Shown: positions 25,151 through 36,014, numbered from the stretch's first letter. The stretch: 54,526 nt of DNA from Chloroflexota bacterium (GCA_029240655.1 JARDZW010000001.1:1-54526); one strand, 5' to 3'. The notes: generated by a model not told the origin, from the sequence alone. Made by a program: numbers and translations.

Positions 25151-25819
25151 ATGCCCATCGCACAGGATTTCGTGACGGCCGTCGACGCCGGAGACACGGG
25201 TCGCGTGCAGGAGATGCTCGCGGATGATCCGTCGCTCGCGAGCGGGCGGGGCGACGACGGCGTCTCGGTCCTGCTGCACGCCCGCTACCGCTTCGATCGT
25301 GCGACCCTCGATCTGCTGCTCACCTCCGACCCCGAGATGGACGTGTTCGACAGCGCGGCACTGGGGCATATCGATCGTCTGCGGCAGCGGCTCGACGACG
25401 ATCCCGATAGCGCCGGGGCTTTCTCGGCGGACGGCTTCACGGCCCTCCACCTGGCGGCCTTCTTCGGCAAGCTGGAGGCGGCACGGCTCCTGCTCGAAGC
25501 CGGCGCCTCTCCGCACGCCTACAGCACCAACGACTTCGCCAATCAGCCCTTGCATGCGGCCGCGGCAGGGCGGCATGTCGAGGTCTGTCGCTCGCTCCTG
25601 GCCGCGGGCGCGGATGTGAACGCGACGCAGCACGGTGGCTATACGCCACTCCACGAGGTCGCGGCGAGCGGAGACGTGGAGCTCGTGGAACTGTTCCTGT
25701 CGGCGGGTGCGGACGTGGGGGCGCGCACATCCGCCGGCCGGACGCCGGTCGAGGTCGCGGAGGGGGCCGGTCATGTGGACCTCGCGCGCCGGCTTCGCGA
25801 AGTCGACGCCGCGACCTGA
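25151..25819 (+). CDS. Ankyrin-repeat protein
   Basis: ATG 25151 is internal to track ORF 25004..25819. Repeated 'G(F/Y)T(A/P)LH.AA..G' units: 'DGFTALHLAAFFGKLEAARLLLEAGA', 'NQPLHAAAAGRHVEVCRSLLAAGADVN', 'GGYTPLHEVAASGDVELVELFLSAGADV'. Confidence 0.82.
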   Translation: MPIAQDFVTAVDAGDTGRVQEMLADDPSLASGRGDDGVSVLLHARYRFDRATLDLLLTSDPEMDVFDSAALGHIDRLRQRLDDDPDSAGAFSADGFTALHLAAFFGKLEAARLLLEAGASPHAYSTNDFANQPLHAAAAGRHVEVCRSLLAAGADVNATQHGGYTPLHEVAASGDVELVELFLSAGADVGARTSAGRTPVEVAEGAGHVDLARRLREVDAAT

Positions 25820-25842
25820 GGGGCGTCCGGCGCCCGTGGGCG

Positions 25843-26199
25843 TCAGCGCGCTGCGCGAGCCGCCAGGAGCGCCGCTCGTGCGTCGGCGAAGGCCCGATCG
25901 CAGTCCGCCACCCGTTCGAGCGCGTCCGGTACGTCTCCGGTCCGCGCGGCCGCCTCGAGGACCCGGCAGATGTCGGTGAGGGCCATCGCTCCGACGTTGG
26001 CGCTGCTCGATTTGAGCGAATGGGCCGGCCGGACCAGTGCCGCGGCGTCTCCGGACGAGGCTGCGACCTGCATCGCCTCGAGCTGGAGAGACGCGTCGGC
26101 GAGGTAGGTGTCGATGAGTTCGTCGACGAACCCCAGATCGTTGCCGGTGATCTCCAGGAGGTGGTCGAACGCTGCCTGGTCGAGGGTCGGCAGGGTCAT
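25843..26199 (-). CDS. Histidine phosphotransfer (Hpt) protein
   Basis: 118 aa with 'AHSLKSSSANVGA' (phospho-His context). Its start overlaps the cyclase stop (ATGA at 26196-26199). Confidence 0.85.
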   Translation of the reverse strand: MTLPTLDQAAFDHLLEITGNDLGFVDELIDTYLADASLQLEAMQVAASSGDAAALVRPAHSLKSSSANVGAMALTDICRVLEAAARTGDVPDALERVADCDRAFADARAALLAARAAR

Positions 26200-27302
26200 G
26201 TGCCCACCTCGGCGATCGCCATGCCGGATACGGCGTACACCTCGACCGGCCGGCTGAAGCCCTTCAACTGTCGCTCGCCCGCCGCCGCGGCTGTGATCGC
26301 ATCCTCGGCCGCGGCATACGTCCGCGGCGCGATGAGGATCTCCGCCGGGCCAGCCTCGCTGCTGAGGCGTGCCGCCAGGATGATGGCCTGGCCGATGGCC
26401 CCATAGTCGTAGCGGCCCTCGAACCCGATCCGACCGAGCGTTGCGTAGCCGGTCGCGATCCCGATGCCGATCTCGAGAACGTGCCCGCGTTTTCGCCAGT
26501 CGCTGGCGATCTCGGCGAATCGTTCGCGCATCGCCACAGCGAGCCCGACCGCCCGGGCGGCGTGGTCGGGCTGGAGCACAGGATCGTTGAAGAACGTCAT
26601 GAAGCCATCGCCGGCGAAGTGTTCGAGTGTCCCCTCGTGCTCGACGATGAGCTGGCCCATGGCCGCGTGATAGGCGCGCAGGAATCCCAGGACCTCTTCT
26701 GGTTCAGCGGTCTCGGAGAAGGACGTGAAGTTGCGCAGGTCGCAGAACATCGTGGTGATCTCGCGCCGATGACCCGCCAGCATGGCCTCACCGTCCTCGC
26801 TGGAGACCAGCGCCGCCACCTGCGGCGACAGGAATCGGGAGAGCTCGGATCGTTGGCGATCGATCGTCGCCAGGAGGCGTCGCTGTTCGTCGACCGTGGC
26901 GCGTTCGAGGTCGCGGAACCGCTTCTGGCTCATCGACGCCTCGATCCTCGCTCGGAGGATCTCGGGTGCGACGGTCTTGGGCAGGTAGTCGGCTGCCCCC
27001 ATCTGGATGCAGCGCACGACGCTGTCGAGCTCATCGACCCCTGAGATCACGATGACCGGCAGGTCGCGGAGCGCGTCATCGGCCTTGAGGGTTGCCAGCG
27101 TTTCGTAGCCGTCCATCACCGGCATGACGATGTCGAGCAGGACTACGTCGACCGGCTCCGCCCGGTCGTCGCGCAGCATCGTGAGCGCCTCGCGACCGTC
27201 CGCCGCTTCGACGGTGGAATGCCCGATGTCGGCCAGCAGCCGGATGAGCAGTCGCCGGTTGAACGGCGTGTCGTCGACGACGAGGACGCGGCCGCCGTTC
27301 AT
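26196..27302 (-). CDS. Response regulator: receiver domain fused to a class III nucleotidyl cyclase homology domain
   Basis: REC: '[10 protein letters not shown]', '[12 protein letters not shown]', 'YLPKT'. Cyclase: '[11 protein letters not shown]', '[11 protein letters not shown]', '[14 protein letters not shown]'. Its start overlaps the kinase stop (ATGA at 27299-27302). Confidence 0.85.
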   Translation of the reverse strand: MNGGRVLVVDDTPFNRRLLIRLLADIGHSTVEAADGREALTMLRDDRAEPVDVVLLDIVMPVMDGYETLATLKADDALRDLPVIVISGVDELDSVVRCIQMGAADYLPKTVAPEILRARIEASMSQKRFRDLERATVDEQRRLLATIDRQRSELSRFLSPQVAALVSSEDGEAMLAGHRREITTMFCDLRNFTSFSETAEPEEVLGFLRAYHAAMGQLIVEHEGTLEHFAGDGFMTFFNDPVLQPDHAARAVGLAVAMRERFAEIASDWRKRGHVLEIGIGIATGYATLGRIGFEGRYDYGAIGQAIILAARLSSEAGPAEILIAPRTYAAAEDAITAAAAGERQLKGFSRPVEVYAVSGMAIAEVGT

Positions 27303-30300
27303 GGGACGCCCCCAGCCTGTGGCGTCAAGCTCAGTGCTGCCGCCGTGAGGGCGGCGGCGAGTGCCTCCGGCCTGATGGGCTTGGAGATGTAGTCATCCAT
27401 GCCTGCGGCGATGCAGGCCTCGCGGTCGCCCTCCATGGCGTTCGCGGTCATCGCCACGATCCGGGGGCCGCTGCCGTCGGGCCACCGCCGTCGGATCTGC
27501 CGAGTCGCCTCGAGACCGTCGAGCTCCGGCATCTGGATGTCCATGAGGACCACGTCATAGCGGGCACCCTCCAGGGCGGCGATCGCCTCGAGCCCGTTGC
27601 CGGCGACATCGGCGGCGTAGCCCATCCGATCGAGGAGCCGCAGCGCGATCTTGCGGTTCACCGGATTGTCCTCGGCCAGCAGGATGCGCAGGGGATGGCG
27701 CGCACCCAGGTCGTGATCGATCCCGGTCGTCGCGACGCGGACCGGCACGGCGCTCGCCTGACCGGCCAGCACCGTCGCAAGCGCGTCGTGGAGCGCAGAC
27801 GGCTTGACCGGCTTGACGAGGTACGCGGCGACCGCGTCGTTCGTGCGGTCGTGCACTCCCAGCGAGGAGAGGATCAGGATCGGCGTATCCGCGCCCGCAT
27901 CCGACGACCGGATGGCGGTCGCCAGGCTCAGGCCATCGAGCTCGGGCATGTGGAGGTCGAGGAGCGCGACATCGAACCGCCGGCCGGCCATCACCCATCC
28001 GAGCGCCTCGGGTGGGGACGCGGTGGCTTCGGAGGTCATCCCCCAACGCCCGAGAAGGGTCACGAGGATCCGGCGGTTGGCTGCATTGTCGTCGACGACG
28101 AGCACGTGACGACCGCTGAGGTCGTAGTCGATCGCCGGCCCTGGTGCCGGGGTCGACTCGTCCGCGTCGGCCGCGAACGCCAGCCGGAACGTGCTGCCCT
28201 GTCCGGCCACGCCGGCGCTCTGCGCCGTGATCGAGCCGTCCATCAGTTCCGCGAGTCGGCGGCTGATGGCCAGACCGAGGCCCGTCCCACCGTAACGACG
28301 GCTGATGGACGCATCGGCCTGGCTGAACGACTGGAAGAGCTGCCCGACCCGGTCTGCCGGGATCCCGATGCCCGTGTCCCGGACCTCCACCGTGAACCGC
28401 CAGCGCGCATCCGTCGCAGCGGGATCGAGCGGCTGCCCGGTGACCGCGAGCTCGACCTCCCCCGCCTCCGTGAACTTCACCGCGTTCGATAGCAGGTTGA
28501 GCACGATCTGGCGGAGCCGTCCTTCATCGCCCAGGATCACCCGCGGCAGACCCTCGGCGATGGTGTAGACGAGCTCGAGATGCTTCGCTGCTGCGGTCGG
28601 CGCGAGCACGTCGATCGCGCCCTCGATGCACGGAGCGAGGGCGAAGGGACGGTGGTCGAGCTCGACCTTGCCGGCCTCGATCTTCGAGAAGTCGAGGATG
28701 TCGTTGATGATCGTCAGCAGTGCGTCGCCCGATGTGCGGATCGTCTCGGCGTAGTCGCGCTGCTCGTCATCGAGCGTGGTGTCGAGCAGCAGGCCGCTCA
28801 TCCCGATGACCGCGTTCATCGGCGTACGGATCTCGTGGCTCATTGCGGCGAGGAACGTGCTCTTGGCGCGATCGGCGTCCTCGGCCGCTTCGCGGGCTGC
28901 CTCGCCCTCGCGGAACAGGCGGGCATTGTCGATGGCGATCGCGGCCTGCTGGGACATCCCCACAAGCAGCTCGAGGTCGTTTTCCGTGAACTTCCTGCTC
29001 GGCATGGTCCGCCAGGCGGCGAACACGCCCACGACCTGGTCACGGGCGATCAACGAGGCGACCATCAGCCGTTCCTCGACTTCGGGATCGGTGCCCGGGA
29101 TCTCCACGCTGCGGCCGTCGCCCTTGACGTCGTTGATGACTTCGGCATCGCGCCGCAGGACGATGTCGCCGATGATTCCCTCGCCGATCCGGATCGAGTC
29201 GTTGAGAACGGGTTCGGCGAGCGCGCCGATCGCAACGATCGCCTTGAGTGTCTCGCCATCGGGCTGGGCCAGGAACAGGGCAGTCGAATCCACGCCGAGC
29301 AGCGATTGCGCAAGTTCGACGATCTGCTGCAGGACCGCCGTCAGGTCCAGGTTCGCGGAGATCTCGCGACCAACCTCGGCGAGCGCGGCCATCTCGCGCG
29401 CGCGCCGGCGGGTCTCCTCATACAGCCGGGCGTTCGAGATAGCGGACCCGACGTTCGCGGCGAGCGTCGAGAGCAGCCGGACGTCTTCATCGCCGAAGCG
29501 GCCCTCCTGCGTGGTGCTCTGGACGCTGATGACGCCGATCGCTTCCTCGCCCTGGAGGATCGGCACGCCGAGGTAGGTCATCGCCTGGGTCCCGACCCCG
29601 CGGTCGCCGAGGGCCTCCCATTCCGCGGGGTGGCGCAGGAGCAGTGGTGTCCGCTCGCGCACGATCCGCGACGTGAGGCCAGTGCCGAAGGGGAGGGCCG
29701 GCTGGTCCTGGGAGTGGCCGCCCTCGGAGTAGTAGGGGAACTGGATCTCTCCGGCATCCGCATCGAGCAGCGCGACATAGACGATGTCGGCCGCGAACGT
29801 CTCGCGCATCTGCTCGCCCACGAGCTCGATCAGGGCGTCGAGGTCGAGCTGCGCACTCAACGCCTGGCCGATGCGGTTGACGATCGCCAGCTCTGCCGCC
29901 TGCCGCCGGGTCTCCCCGAACAACCGCGCATTCTCGAGCGCGACGCTGAGGCTGGCGGCCACCGTGGTCAGCAGGCGGACGTCGGCGTCGCTGAAGGCGA
30001 ACTCGCGGTCGAGGTTCTGCAGCGAGATGACACCTCGCGCCTCGTCGCCGATGACCATGGGTGCCCAGAGCGTCGATTTGGCCTCCTCTCCCTGGATCGC
30101 GCCCGCCTGGCCGAGGGACTCGGCCACCTCGGCGGCGTTCTCCTGGATCAGGAGCGGCTGGCGTGTCGCCATGACGTGGCCGCGGATCCCGATAAGCGGG
30201 ATCGGTTGGTCGGGGAAGCGCTGCCCGCGTTCGATGGTGTAGGGGAAGTGGATGAGCTGGGTTGCCTTGTCGAATACGCCGATGTCCACGACCTGGGCAT

Positions 30301-31582
30301 CGAAGATCTCCTGGAGCTTGTCCCCGACGAGGTCGTACATCGCCTGCATCTCGAGTTGTGATGCAAGACCCTCCTGGACGCCGTTGATGATCGCGAGCTC
30401 CGCGGCTCGCTCGTCCGTCTCGACCAGCAGTCGCTTCGTCTCGCCGAGCAGGCGGGCGTTGTCGAGCGCGACGCCCATGCTCGATGCCAGCGTGGCCAGG
30501 AGGCGTTCGTCCGCCTCGCTGTAGGCGTGGGCTTCGACGTTCTCGAGGCCCACGACGCCGATCACTCGGTCGCCCGCCGGGATCGGCACGCCCAGCCACG
30601 ACATCGTGTGCGTGCCACCGACGTCGATCGCGCCGGCGGCGAACTGCTCCTCCGCCGTCGATAGTCGCAGCGGCCGGCCCGTCCGCAGGACCTTCGACGT
30701 CAGGCCGGGGCCGACGGGGAAGACCCCGCGCTCGAAGCGCTCGCCTTCGTCCATGTCATAGGGGAAGGACATCGTGTCGGTCGCCGGGTCGTGCAGCGCG
30801 ATGAACATCGATGCGGCGTTGAAGATCGCCCGGACCCGCTCGCCGACGAGATCGATGATCGCCCCGAACTCGAGCTGCTGGGCCAGCGCCTCGCCGATCT
30901 CATTGATGAGGGCGAGCTCCGCGTTTCGCTGGCGGGTCTCCTCGATCGCTCGTGCGCGGCTGAGCGCCGAACCGATGTGCTGCCCGACGAACGCGAGGAG
31001 GTCGAGGTCGGCATCCGTGTGCAGGCGGTCGTCAGCGTAGCTCTGGACGGCGATCACCCCGAGGACACGGCCGTCGGCCGTCAGCGGAGCACCCAGCCAA
31101 TCGCCCGGCCCGCGCACACCGACAAGCGTGATCTCGCCGCGGCGCTCGAGGTCGACATGCTTGTCGGCGTCCAGTCGAACGGGTCGTCCCGTGCGCAGGA
31201 CGAAGGCCGTGGTGCCGCGCGCATTCCCGACACCGAACGGTTCCCAGACGGCCGGGTCTGGGATGTCGGTCTCGACGGAGTCGACGTAGTACGGGAAGTT
31301 GATGGCCTGGCGCTGGTCGTCGTAGAGGGCGATGTAGAAGTTCTCGGCGTCCATCAGCTCGCCGACGATCGTGTGGATCCGCTGGTAGAAGTCCTGCAGG
31401 TCGGCGGTGCCGCTGGCCGCGTCGGCGATGCGGTACAGAGCCGCCTGCACCGCCTCGGAACGCGCCCGGTCAGCGTCACGCGCTTCGAGCTCGGCGACGC
31501 GTGCCTCGAGGGCGGCCGCATCCTGGGCGCGGGTGGCGGGCGGCGACTCCGGTTCAGGCGACGTGTGGCGGGCCACTGGCAT
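27299..31582 (-). CDS. Hybrid sensor histidine kinase: N-terminal coiled coil, five tandem GAF domains, HisKA-HATPase, two receiver domains (1427 aa)
   Basis: The GAF-like unit recurs five times, each starting at 'ELA..N.I..AL..QL....A..DLVGE'. H-box '[12 protein letters not shown]'; G-boxes 'DTGIGI' and 'GGTGLGLAI'. REC1 '[11 protein letters not shown]...LVKPV'; REC2 '[12 protein letters not shown]...YISKPI'. Confidence 0.88.
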   Translation of the reverse strand: MPVARHTSPEPESPPATRAQDAAALEARVAELEARDADRARSEAVQAALYRIADAASGTADLQDFYQRIHTIVGELMDAENFYIALYDDQRQAINFPYYVDSVETDIPDPAVWEPFGVGNARGTTAFVLRTGRPVRLDADKHVDLERRGEITLVGVRGPGDWLGAPLTADGRVLGVIAVQSYADDRLHTDADLDLLAFVGQHIGSALSRARAIEETRQRNAELALINEIGEALAQQLEFGAIIDLVGERVRAIFNAASMFIALHDPATDTMSFPYDMDEGERFERGVFPVGPGLTSKVLRTGRPLRLSTAEEQFAAGAIDVGGTHTMSWLGVPIPAGDRVIGVVGLENVEAHAYSEADERLLATLASSMGVALDNARLLGETKRLLVETDERAAELAIINGVQEGLASQLEMQAMYDLVGDKLQEIFDAQVVDIGVFDKATQLIHFPYTIERGQRFPDQPIPLIGIRGHVMATRQPLLIQENAAEVAESLGQAGAIQGEEAKSTLWAPMVIGDEARGVISLQNLDREFAFSDADVRLLTTVAASLSVALENARLFGETRRQAAELAIVNRIGQALSAQLDLDALIELVGEQMRETFAADIVYVALLDADAGEIQFPYYSEGGHSQDQPALPFGTGLTSRIVRERTPLLLRHPAEWEALGDRGVGTQAMTYLGVPILQGEEAIGVISVQSTTQEGRFGDEDVRLLSTLAANVGSAISNARLYEETRRRAREMAALAEVGREISANLDLTAVLQQIVELAQSLLGVDSTALFLAQPDGETLKAIVAIGALAEPVLNDSIRIGEGIIGDIVLRRDAEVINDVKGDGRSVEIPGTDPEVEERLMVASLIARDQVVGVFAAWRTMPSRKFTENDLELLVGMSQQAAIAIDNARLFREGEAAREAAEDADRAKSTFLAAMSHEIRTPMNAVIGMSGLLLDTTLDDEQRDYAETIRTSGDALLTIINDILDFSKIEAGKVELDHRPFALAPCIEGAIDVLAPTAAAKHLELVYTIAEGLPRVILGDEGRLRQIVLNLLSNAVKFTEAGEVELAVTGQPLDPAATDARWRFTVEVRDTGIGIPADRVGQLFQSFSQADASISRRYGGTGLGLAISRRLAELMDGSITAQSAGVAGQGSTFRLAFAADADESTPAPGPAIDYDLSGRHVLVVDDNAANRRILVTLLGRWGMTSEATASPPEALGWVMAGRRFDVALLDLHMPELDGLSLATAIRSSDAGADTPILILSSLGVHDRTNDAVAAYLVKPVKPSALHDALATVLAGQASAVPVRVATTGIDHDLGARHPLRILLAEDNPVNRKIALRLLDRMGYAADVAGNGLEAIAALEGARYDVVLMDIQMPELDGLEATRQIRRRWPDGSGPRIVAMTANAMEGDREACIAAGMDDYISKPIRPEALAAALTAAALSLTPQAGGVP

Positions 31583-31659
31583 CCCTGGGCGGCGCGCCGA
31601 TCATGGTCGTCGCGCGTTCGTAGCCCCGAGGATAGCCGCGCGGCGCCACCGCGCGTCCG

Positions 31660-33060
31660 TCAACCGCGTTCGAGGTAGCGCTCGCGGTCCCAGGGGTGGA
31701 CCATCGAGTCGTACGTCTCCTGCTCCACCCGAGCGGCATTGAGGTAGTGCTCCACGACGTCCGCGCCGAAGATCTCGCGGGCAGCGTCGGAGCGTTCCAG
31801 CTCCCCGATGGCCTCGTACAGGGCGCGCGGCATGCGCGGATGCCCGGTGGCCAGGTAGCCGTTGCCCTTGAACTCTGGCTCGAGCTTGAGCCCGCGCTCG
31901 ATGCCGTACAGGCCGGCGCCGATCATCGCGGCGTACGTGAGATAGGCGTTCATGTCCCCGCCCGGGAAGCGATTCTCGACGTGGAGCGCCGGGCCTCGAC
32001 CGACGAGCCGGAAGCCGGTGGTCCGGTTGTCACGACCCCACACCACGTTGACCGGGGCCCATGACAACGACGCGTAGCGTTTGTACGAGTTGATGAACGG
32101 CGCGACGAACACGGCGAGCTCGCGCGACAGGGTCATCATCCCGGCCATGAACTGCTGGCCGACCTTCGAGAGGCCGTAGGGACCCGCCTTCTCGCGGCCG
32201 GTCGCGTGCATCAGCGGCACGTCCTTCACGACGTCCCAGACGCTCATGTGGAGGTGGCCGGACGAGCCGGTCCAGTGATGGTCGGGCTTCGCCATGAACG
32301 TGATGCCCCAGCCGTTGAGGTAGGCGATCTCCTTGGCCCCGTGCTTGAAGACGACGCTCCGGTCGGCCGACTCCAGGACGTGGTCGTAGCGGATGTTGAC
32401 CTCGTGCTGGCCGTTGGCCGCCTCGCCCTTGCTGAACTCGATGGGGACGTTCGCTTCCGTCATCTGATTGCGGAGCAGTCGATGGAGCGGCTCCGCCTTC
32501 GTCGCCTGGAGCAGGTGGTAGTCCTCGTTGTAATGGCCGAAGGGCCGCGGGACGGGCCAGCCGCGCTCCGCGAGGTCCTCCCACGAGTCCTTGAGGACGT
32601 AGAACTCGAACTCCGAGCCGGCCTTGATCGCGTACCCGGCGTCCGCAGCGCGGGCGACCTGGCGCTTGAGGATGGTGCGCGGGGAGACCGGGATCTCGTC
32701 GCCGGTCTCCTCGTCGATCGTGTCGGCGAGGACCATGGCCGTCCCCGGCAGCCAGGGGAGGATCCGGAGCTGATCCCAGATCGGCTCGGCGATCCAGTCT
32801 CCGTAGCCGGTCTCCCAGTTCATGAGCTTGAAGCCGTCGGGTGTGCTCATCTCCATGTCCGTACCGAGCAGGTACGTGCAGAAGTGAGCGCCGTGCGAGA
32901 TGACCCCGTCGAGGAACGCCTGGCCCTGGACGCGCTTGCCCATGAGCCGGCCCTGCATATCGGTGAAGGCCACGACGATCGTGTCGATCCGCCCGTCGCG
33001 GACCATGCCCTCGAGCTCCGCCAGGCGCGGGTGCTTGGTCGCGTGGCCGTGGTCGGTCAT
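31660..33060 (-). CDS. Glutamine synthetase-family ligase (GlnA3/GlnA4-like gamma-glutamyl-amine synthetase candidate)
   Basis: ATG 33060 (MTDHGHATK...) with GGAG 6 nt upstream; internal to track ORF 31660..33114. GS type I-like core with 'GSEFEFY', 'SGHLHMSVW' and 'NSYKR'. Confidence 0.82.
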   Translation of the reverse strand: MTDHGHATKHPRLAELEGMVRDGRIDTIVVAFTDMQGRLMGKRVQGQAFLDGVISHGAHFCTYLLGTDMEMSTPDGFKLMNWETGYGDWIAEPIWDQLRILPWLPGTAMVLADTIDEETGDEIPVSPRTILKRQVARAADAGYAIKAGSEFEFYVLKDSWEDLAERGWPVPRPFGHYNEDYHLLQATKAEPLHRLLRNQMTEANVPIEFSKGEAANGQHEVNIRYDHVLESADRSVVFKHGAKEIAYLNGWGITFMAKPDHHWTGSSGHLHMSVWDVVKDVPLMHATGREKAGPYGLSKVGQQFMAGMMTLSRELAVFVAPFINSYKRYASLSWAPVNVVWGRDNRTTGFRLVGRGPALHVENRFPGGDMNAYLTYAAMIGAGLYGIERGLKLEPEFKGNGYLATGHPRMPRALYEAIGELERSDAAREIFGADVVEHYLNAARVEQETYDSMVHPWDRERYLERG

Positions 33061-33139
33061 CGGAGACTCCGCTGGGTGGTGGGTCGACCCGGCCGGCGGG
33101 ACCGGCCGGGTCATTTCAGCATGATCGATCGTCGAGACG

Positions 33140-34789
33140 TCAGGCGGTCGTGAGCTTCTCGGCTTCGTGCGAGAACTCCCGTTCGATCTCGGTGAGCGCC
33201 TCGCTGTCGCCCATCGAGCGCGGGCCCTTGAACGTCCGCCGCGCGGACGCGAAGTAGTAGACGAGCAGGAACAGGACCGTCACCACCATGAACGGCCAGC
33301 TGATGTTGCCCGATGTCGGGAAGCTGAACAGGACCATGAGCACGAGCACCCAGGCCACGGCGATCCAGGCGATCGGCCGGGACCAGCGACCCAGGCTCCA
33401 GACGCGCTCCTTCATCCATTCATCGGTCGTCGCGCCCAGGTAGATGCAGATCCCGTACGCCGCGTACAGGAAGATCGTGCTGATGGCCGTGACGATCACG
33501 ATGGCGGTCCCGGTCCCCACGATGAACGCAGCGACGGTGAACAGCCACGCGATCACGACGATCGCGATCAGCGAGTTCGCCGGCGTTCGATACGTGTGAG
33601 ACACCTTCTTGAGCCAGCCGGAGCCGGGCAGGCCATCGTCGCGGCTGAAGGCGTACAGCATCCGGCCCGCCGATGCGACCGACGAGAGGCCGCAGAACGC
33701 CATCGCGATGGCGATCCCGGCGCTCAGGACGTCGCCCATCTGGCCGAGGTTGTAGCGCAGGATCTCGATGACGGCGACGCCGCCGCCGAAGTAGTACTGG
33801 CTGTAGGTCGCGGGGTCGTCGAGCGATGGCGGGAAGAGCGCGGACATGTCCGGCAGGTGCGTGGACAGCGCGAGCAGGAAGATGAACCCGACGACCGCAC
33901 TGACCGCGACCGACAGGAAGAGACCCCACGCGCTCGCGACCCGGGCGCCGACGGTCTCCTCGGCCACGTGCGCCGAGGCGTCATAGCCCGTGTAGGTCCA
34001 GTTCGCCTGGAGGAGCGAGAAGAAGAAGGCCAGGATGATCGGGTACGAGACCGCCGGCCCGTAGGTCAGGTGGACGACGCCGAGGTTGTTGTCCCAGCTT
34101 CCGGCCGTATCCAAGGGCTGGATCGCGAACGTTTCCAGGCCCGACTGATCTGGCTTGCCAGTCAGGAAGATGAGAAGGACCACGGCCGCGACGATGACGA
34201 TGTGCCACCACACGCTGACCTGGTTGAGCATGGAGACGAGGTTGATGCCCCGAATGTTCATCACCAGCTGGATGAGCATGAGGATGCCCATCGTCACGAG
34301 TTGGCCGTTGAGGATGCCCGGGATGATCTCTGTCGTGTTCGTGAAGGTCGGGGCCGTCAGGCGCTCGATGATCGTGGCGTTGATGAAGCCGGCGGCCGCG
34401 TAATTGATGCCGGCAACGATCGCGAACTGGCCGATCAGATTCAGCCACGCCGTCCACCAGCCCCAGTCCTTGTTCTTCATCCGGCTGGCCCAGTAGTACA
34501 GGCCGCCGGCCGTGGGGTAGGCAGATGCGATCTCCGCCATGGCCGCGGCGATCGCCAGCACGAAGATCGTGATGAGCGGCCAGCCTAGGGTCACGGCGGC
34601 CTTGCCCGCCCAGGCGAGCCCGTAGTCGTAGAGGATGACCGCGCCGGTCAGGATGCTGATGATCGAGAAGCTGATGGCGAAGTTGCTGAAGCCGCCCATC
34701 GAGCGGAACAGCTCCTGCGCGTAGCCGAGCTTGTGCAGATCGGCGACATCCTGCTGGATGACGTCGTCGCGCGAACGTGCCTGGGTCAT
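33140..34789 (-). CDS. APC-superfamily amino acid/amine permease
   Basis: 549 aa with about 12-13 TM segments. 'AEIASAYPTAGGLYYW' is the APC signature region. GGAGG lies 6 nt upstream of ATG 34789. Confidence 0.85.
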   Translation of the reverse strand: MTQARSRDDVIQQDVADLHKLGYAQELFRSMGGFSNFAISFSIISILTGAVILYDYGLAWAGKAAVTLGWPLITIFVLAIAAAMAEIASAYPTAGGLYYWASRMKNKDWGWWTAWLNLIGQFAIVAGINYAAAGFINATIIERLTAPTFTNTTEIIPGILNGQLVTMGILMLIQLVMNIRGINLVSMLNQVSVWWHIVIVAAVVLLIFLTGKPDQSGLETFAIQPLDTAGSWDNNLGVVHLTYGPAVSYPIILAFFFSLLQANWTYTGYDASAHVAEETVGARVASAWGLFLSVAVSAVVGFIFLLALSTHLPDMSALFPPSLDDPATYSQYYFGGGVAVIEILRYNLGQMGDVLSAGIAIAMAFCGLSSVASAGRMLYAFSRDDGLPGSGWLKKVSHTYRTPANSLIAIVVIAWLFTVAAFIVGTGTAIVIVTAISTIFLYAAYGICIYLGATTDEWMKERVWSLGRWSRPIAWIAVAWVLVLMVLFSFPTSGNISWPFMVVTVLFLLVYYFASARRTFKGPRSMGDSEALTEIEREFSHEAEKLTTA

Positions 34790-35082
34790 CGAGAACCTCC
34801 CTCACAACGGCAGGACCGTCGGTCGGGTGGCCGACGGGCGCCTTGGGTCCGACGTGCTTCGATGCCGAACCGTGCGCGGCAGCAGCCCTGGGCGGGGCGC
34901 CGCGCGGACGCGGGGATCGCGTGGATGACGCGAGACGGGGAGCGGCATGGCCGCGGATGGCGCCGTGGGGCCGACGGGTCGACGGCGCGGGGTCGCTCGC
35001 TGGCCCTCCTTCCCGCGTGTCCTCGGCGTCCGCTGAACGCCCCGGATCGGTCGCCCGACCCTGACACGATGGCCGGACTATA

Positions 35083-35101
35083 CGCGCCACTCCACGGCGC
35101 G
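35083..35101 (-). terminator. GC-rich hairpin (CGCGCC-N7-GGCGCG) 15 nt downstream of the 35116..35895 gene
   Basis: Read directly. There is no U-tract. It is immediately followed on the minus strand by TATAGT (35082-35077), a candidate -10 for the permease leader. Confidence 0.3.
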
Positions 35102-35115
35102 GAAAGACCGTCCCG

Positions 35116-35895
35116 TCAGTAGAGCATCGTCGTCCCGGTGGGGAAGACGAAGTCGAAAGCGGCCGGTGGCAGGGGCGCGTCCGGGCCGATGTCGGTCACC
35201 TCGGCGTCTCGGTTCGCCCCCCCGCCGATCGTCTCGACCAGACGCAGGATCACGCCCAGCTGTCGATCGACCGCGACCGAGATCTTGAAATCGGGCCGGT
35301 CCGCGGCGACCTCGATGGCGCGCGGATGGTCGCATTCGAGGAGGATCGCCTCCCGCCCCGCGACAAGGTCCGTGCCCGTGACCGTGCAGCGGCCGGTCGC
35401 GAGCACGTTCTGGCAGTAGCCGCCGGGATGGACGAACGTATCAGGCAGGGTCTCCATCGGCAGCGCCGTGACGGGCACGTACACGCGAGACATGCCCGGG
35501 AAGTCCGGGTCACCCAGACCGCGGGGCCGGTTTCGCATCGGGCGCTGGGTGCCGAGCTTGTGAGCGGCCGCGTACGTCCGAACGAGGTCTCCGTCCGAGA
35601 TCCAGACCTCGTAGTCGTGTCCCAGCACCTGGCCCGGCCGGCTGGTCGTTACCTTCGCGTGCGCCGGATGGCGGAGCAGGACGTCCATCTGGACGGCGTC
35701 CTCTCCGCGAGCCGTGGTCGTCCGCTCGACGATGCGCATCCGCAGGGTCGCGAAGCGCAGCTCGGCATCGCGCATGAAGTCGAACAGCTCGGTCGGTGTC
35801 GGGAGTGTCGCGGGCAGGGCCGCGACCGCCGGAACCCGTCGCTCGCCGGTCTGGACGGTCAGGGCCGCGCGGTCCCAGATGCGCGTGTCGGTCAT
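35116..35895 (-). CDS. Hypothetical protein (259 aa); LolA/RseB-like fold is only a guess
   Basis: Start placed at ATG 35895 (MTDTRIWDR...) because a TACAAT hexamer (35909-35904, minus strand) lies 8 nt upstream, inside the longer track ORF. High GC3; no TM segments. Confidence 0.55.
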   Translation of the reverse strand: MTDTRIWDRAALTVQTGERRVPAVAALPATLPTPTELFDFMRDAELRFATLRMRIVERTTTARGEDAVQMDVLLRHPAHAKVTTSRPGQVLGHDYEVWISDGDLVRTYAAAHKLGTQRPMRNRPRGLGDPDFPGMSRVYVPVTALPMETLPDTFVHPGGYCQNVLATGRCTVTGTDLVAGREAILLECDHPRAIEVAADRPDFKISVAVDRQLGVILRLVETIGGGANRDAEVTDIGPDAPLPPAAFDFVFPTGTTMLY

Positions 35896-35903
35896 CGCGC
35901 CGG

Positions 35904-35909
35904 ATTGTA
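35904..35909 (-). promoter_or_regulatory. -10-like hexamer TACAAT, 8 nt upstream of ATG 35895
   Basis: The minus strand reads 'ggTACAATccggcgcgATG'. Confidence 0.4.
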
Positions 35910-35970
35910 CCGGTCGGCAGGGCTCCGGCAACTCCGGCTTGACGCGCGCGGCAGCCCAGGCGTATATATC

Positions 35971-35994
35971 GCGTGACGATATAACGCGTCACGC
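35971..35994. promoter_or_regulatory. Inverted repeat GCGTGACG-N8-CGTCACGC within an AT-rich patch, candidate PadR operator
   Basis: Read directly (35971-35978 and 35987-35994). It is flanked by TATATA/GATATA/CTATAC strings, in the divergent region between the 35895 and 36015 starts. Confidence 0.5.
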
Positions 35995-36014
35995 TATACG
36001 AGGATGAGAACGCG

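Noticed and set aside
25821-25835. Short hairpin GGGCG-N5-CGCCC between the convergent ankyrin and Hpt genes as a bidirectional terminator
   Set aside because: The stem is only 5 bp with no U-tract, and such strings are frequent by chance in 70% GC DNA.
34790-35082. Possible riboswitch in the long leader of the permease gene
   Set aside because: I could not match it by eye to glycine, glutamine, guanidine, SAM or other riboswitch cores I know. It is kept only as an unexplained long-leader observation, not called as an ncRNA.
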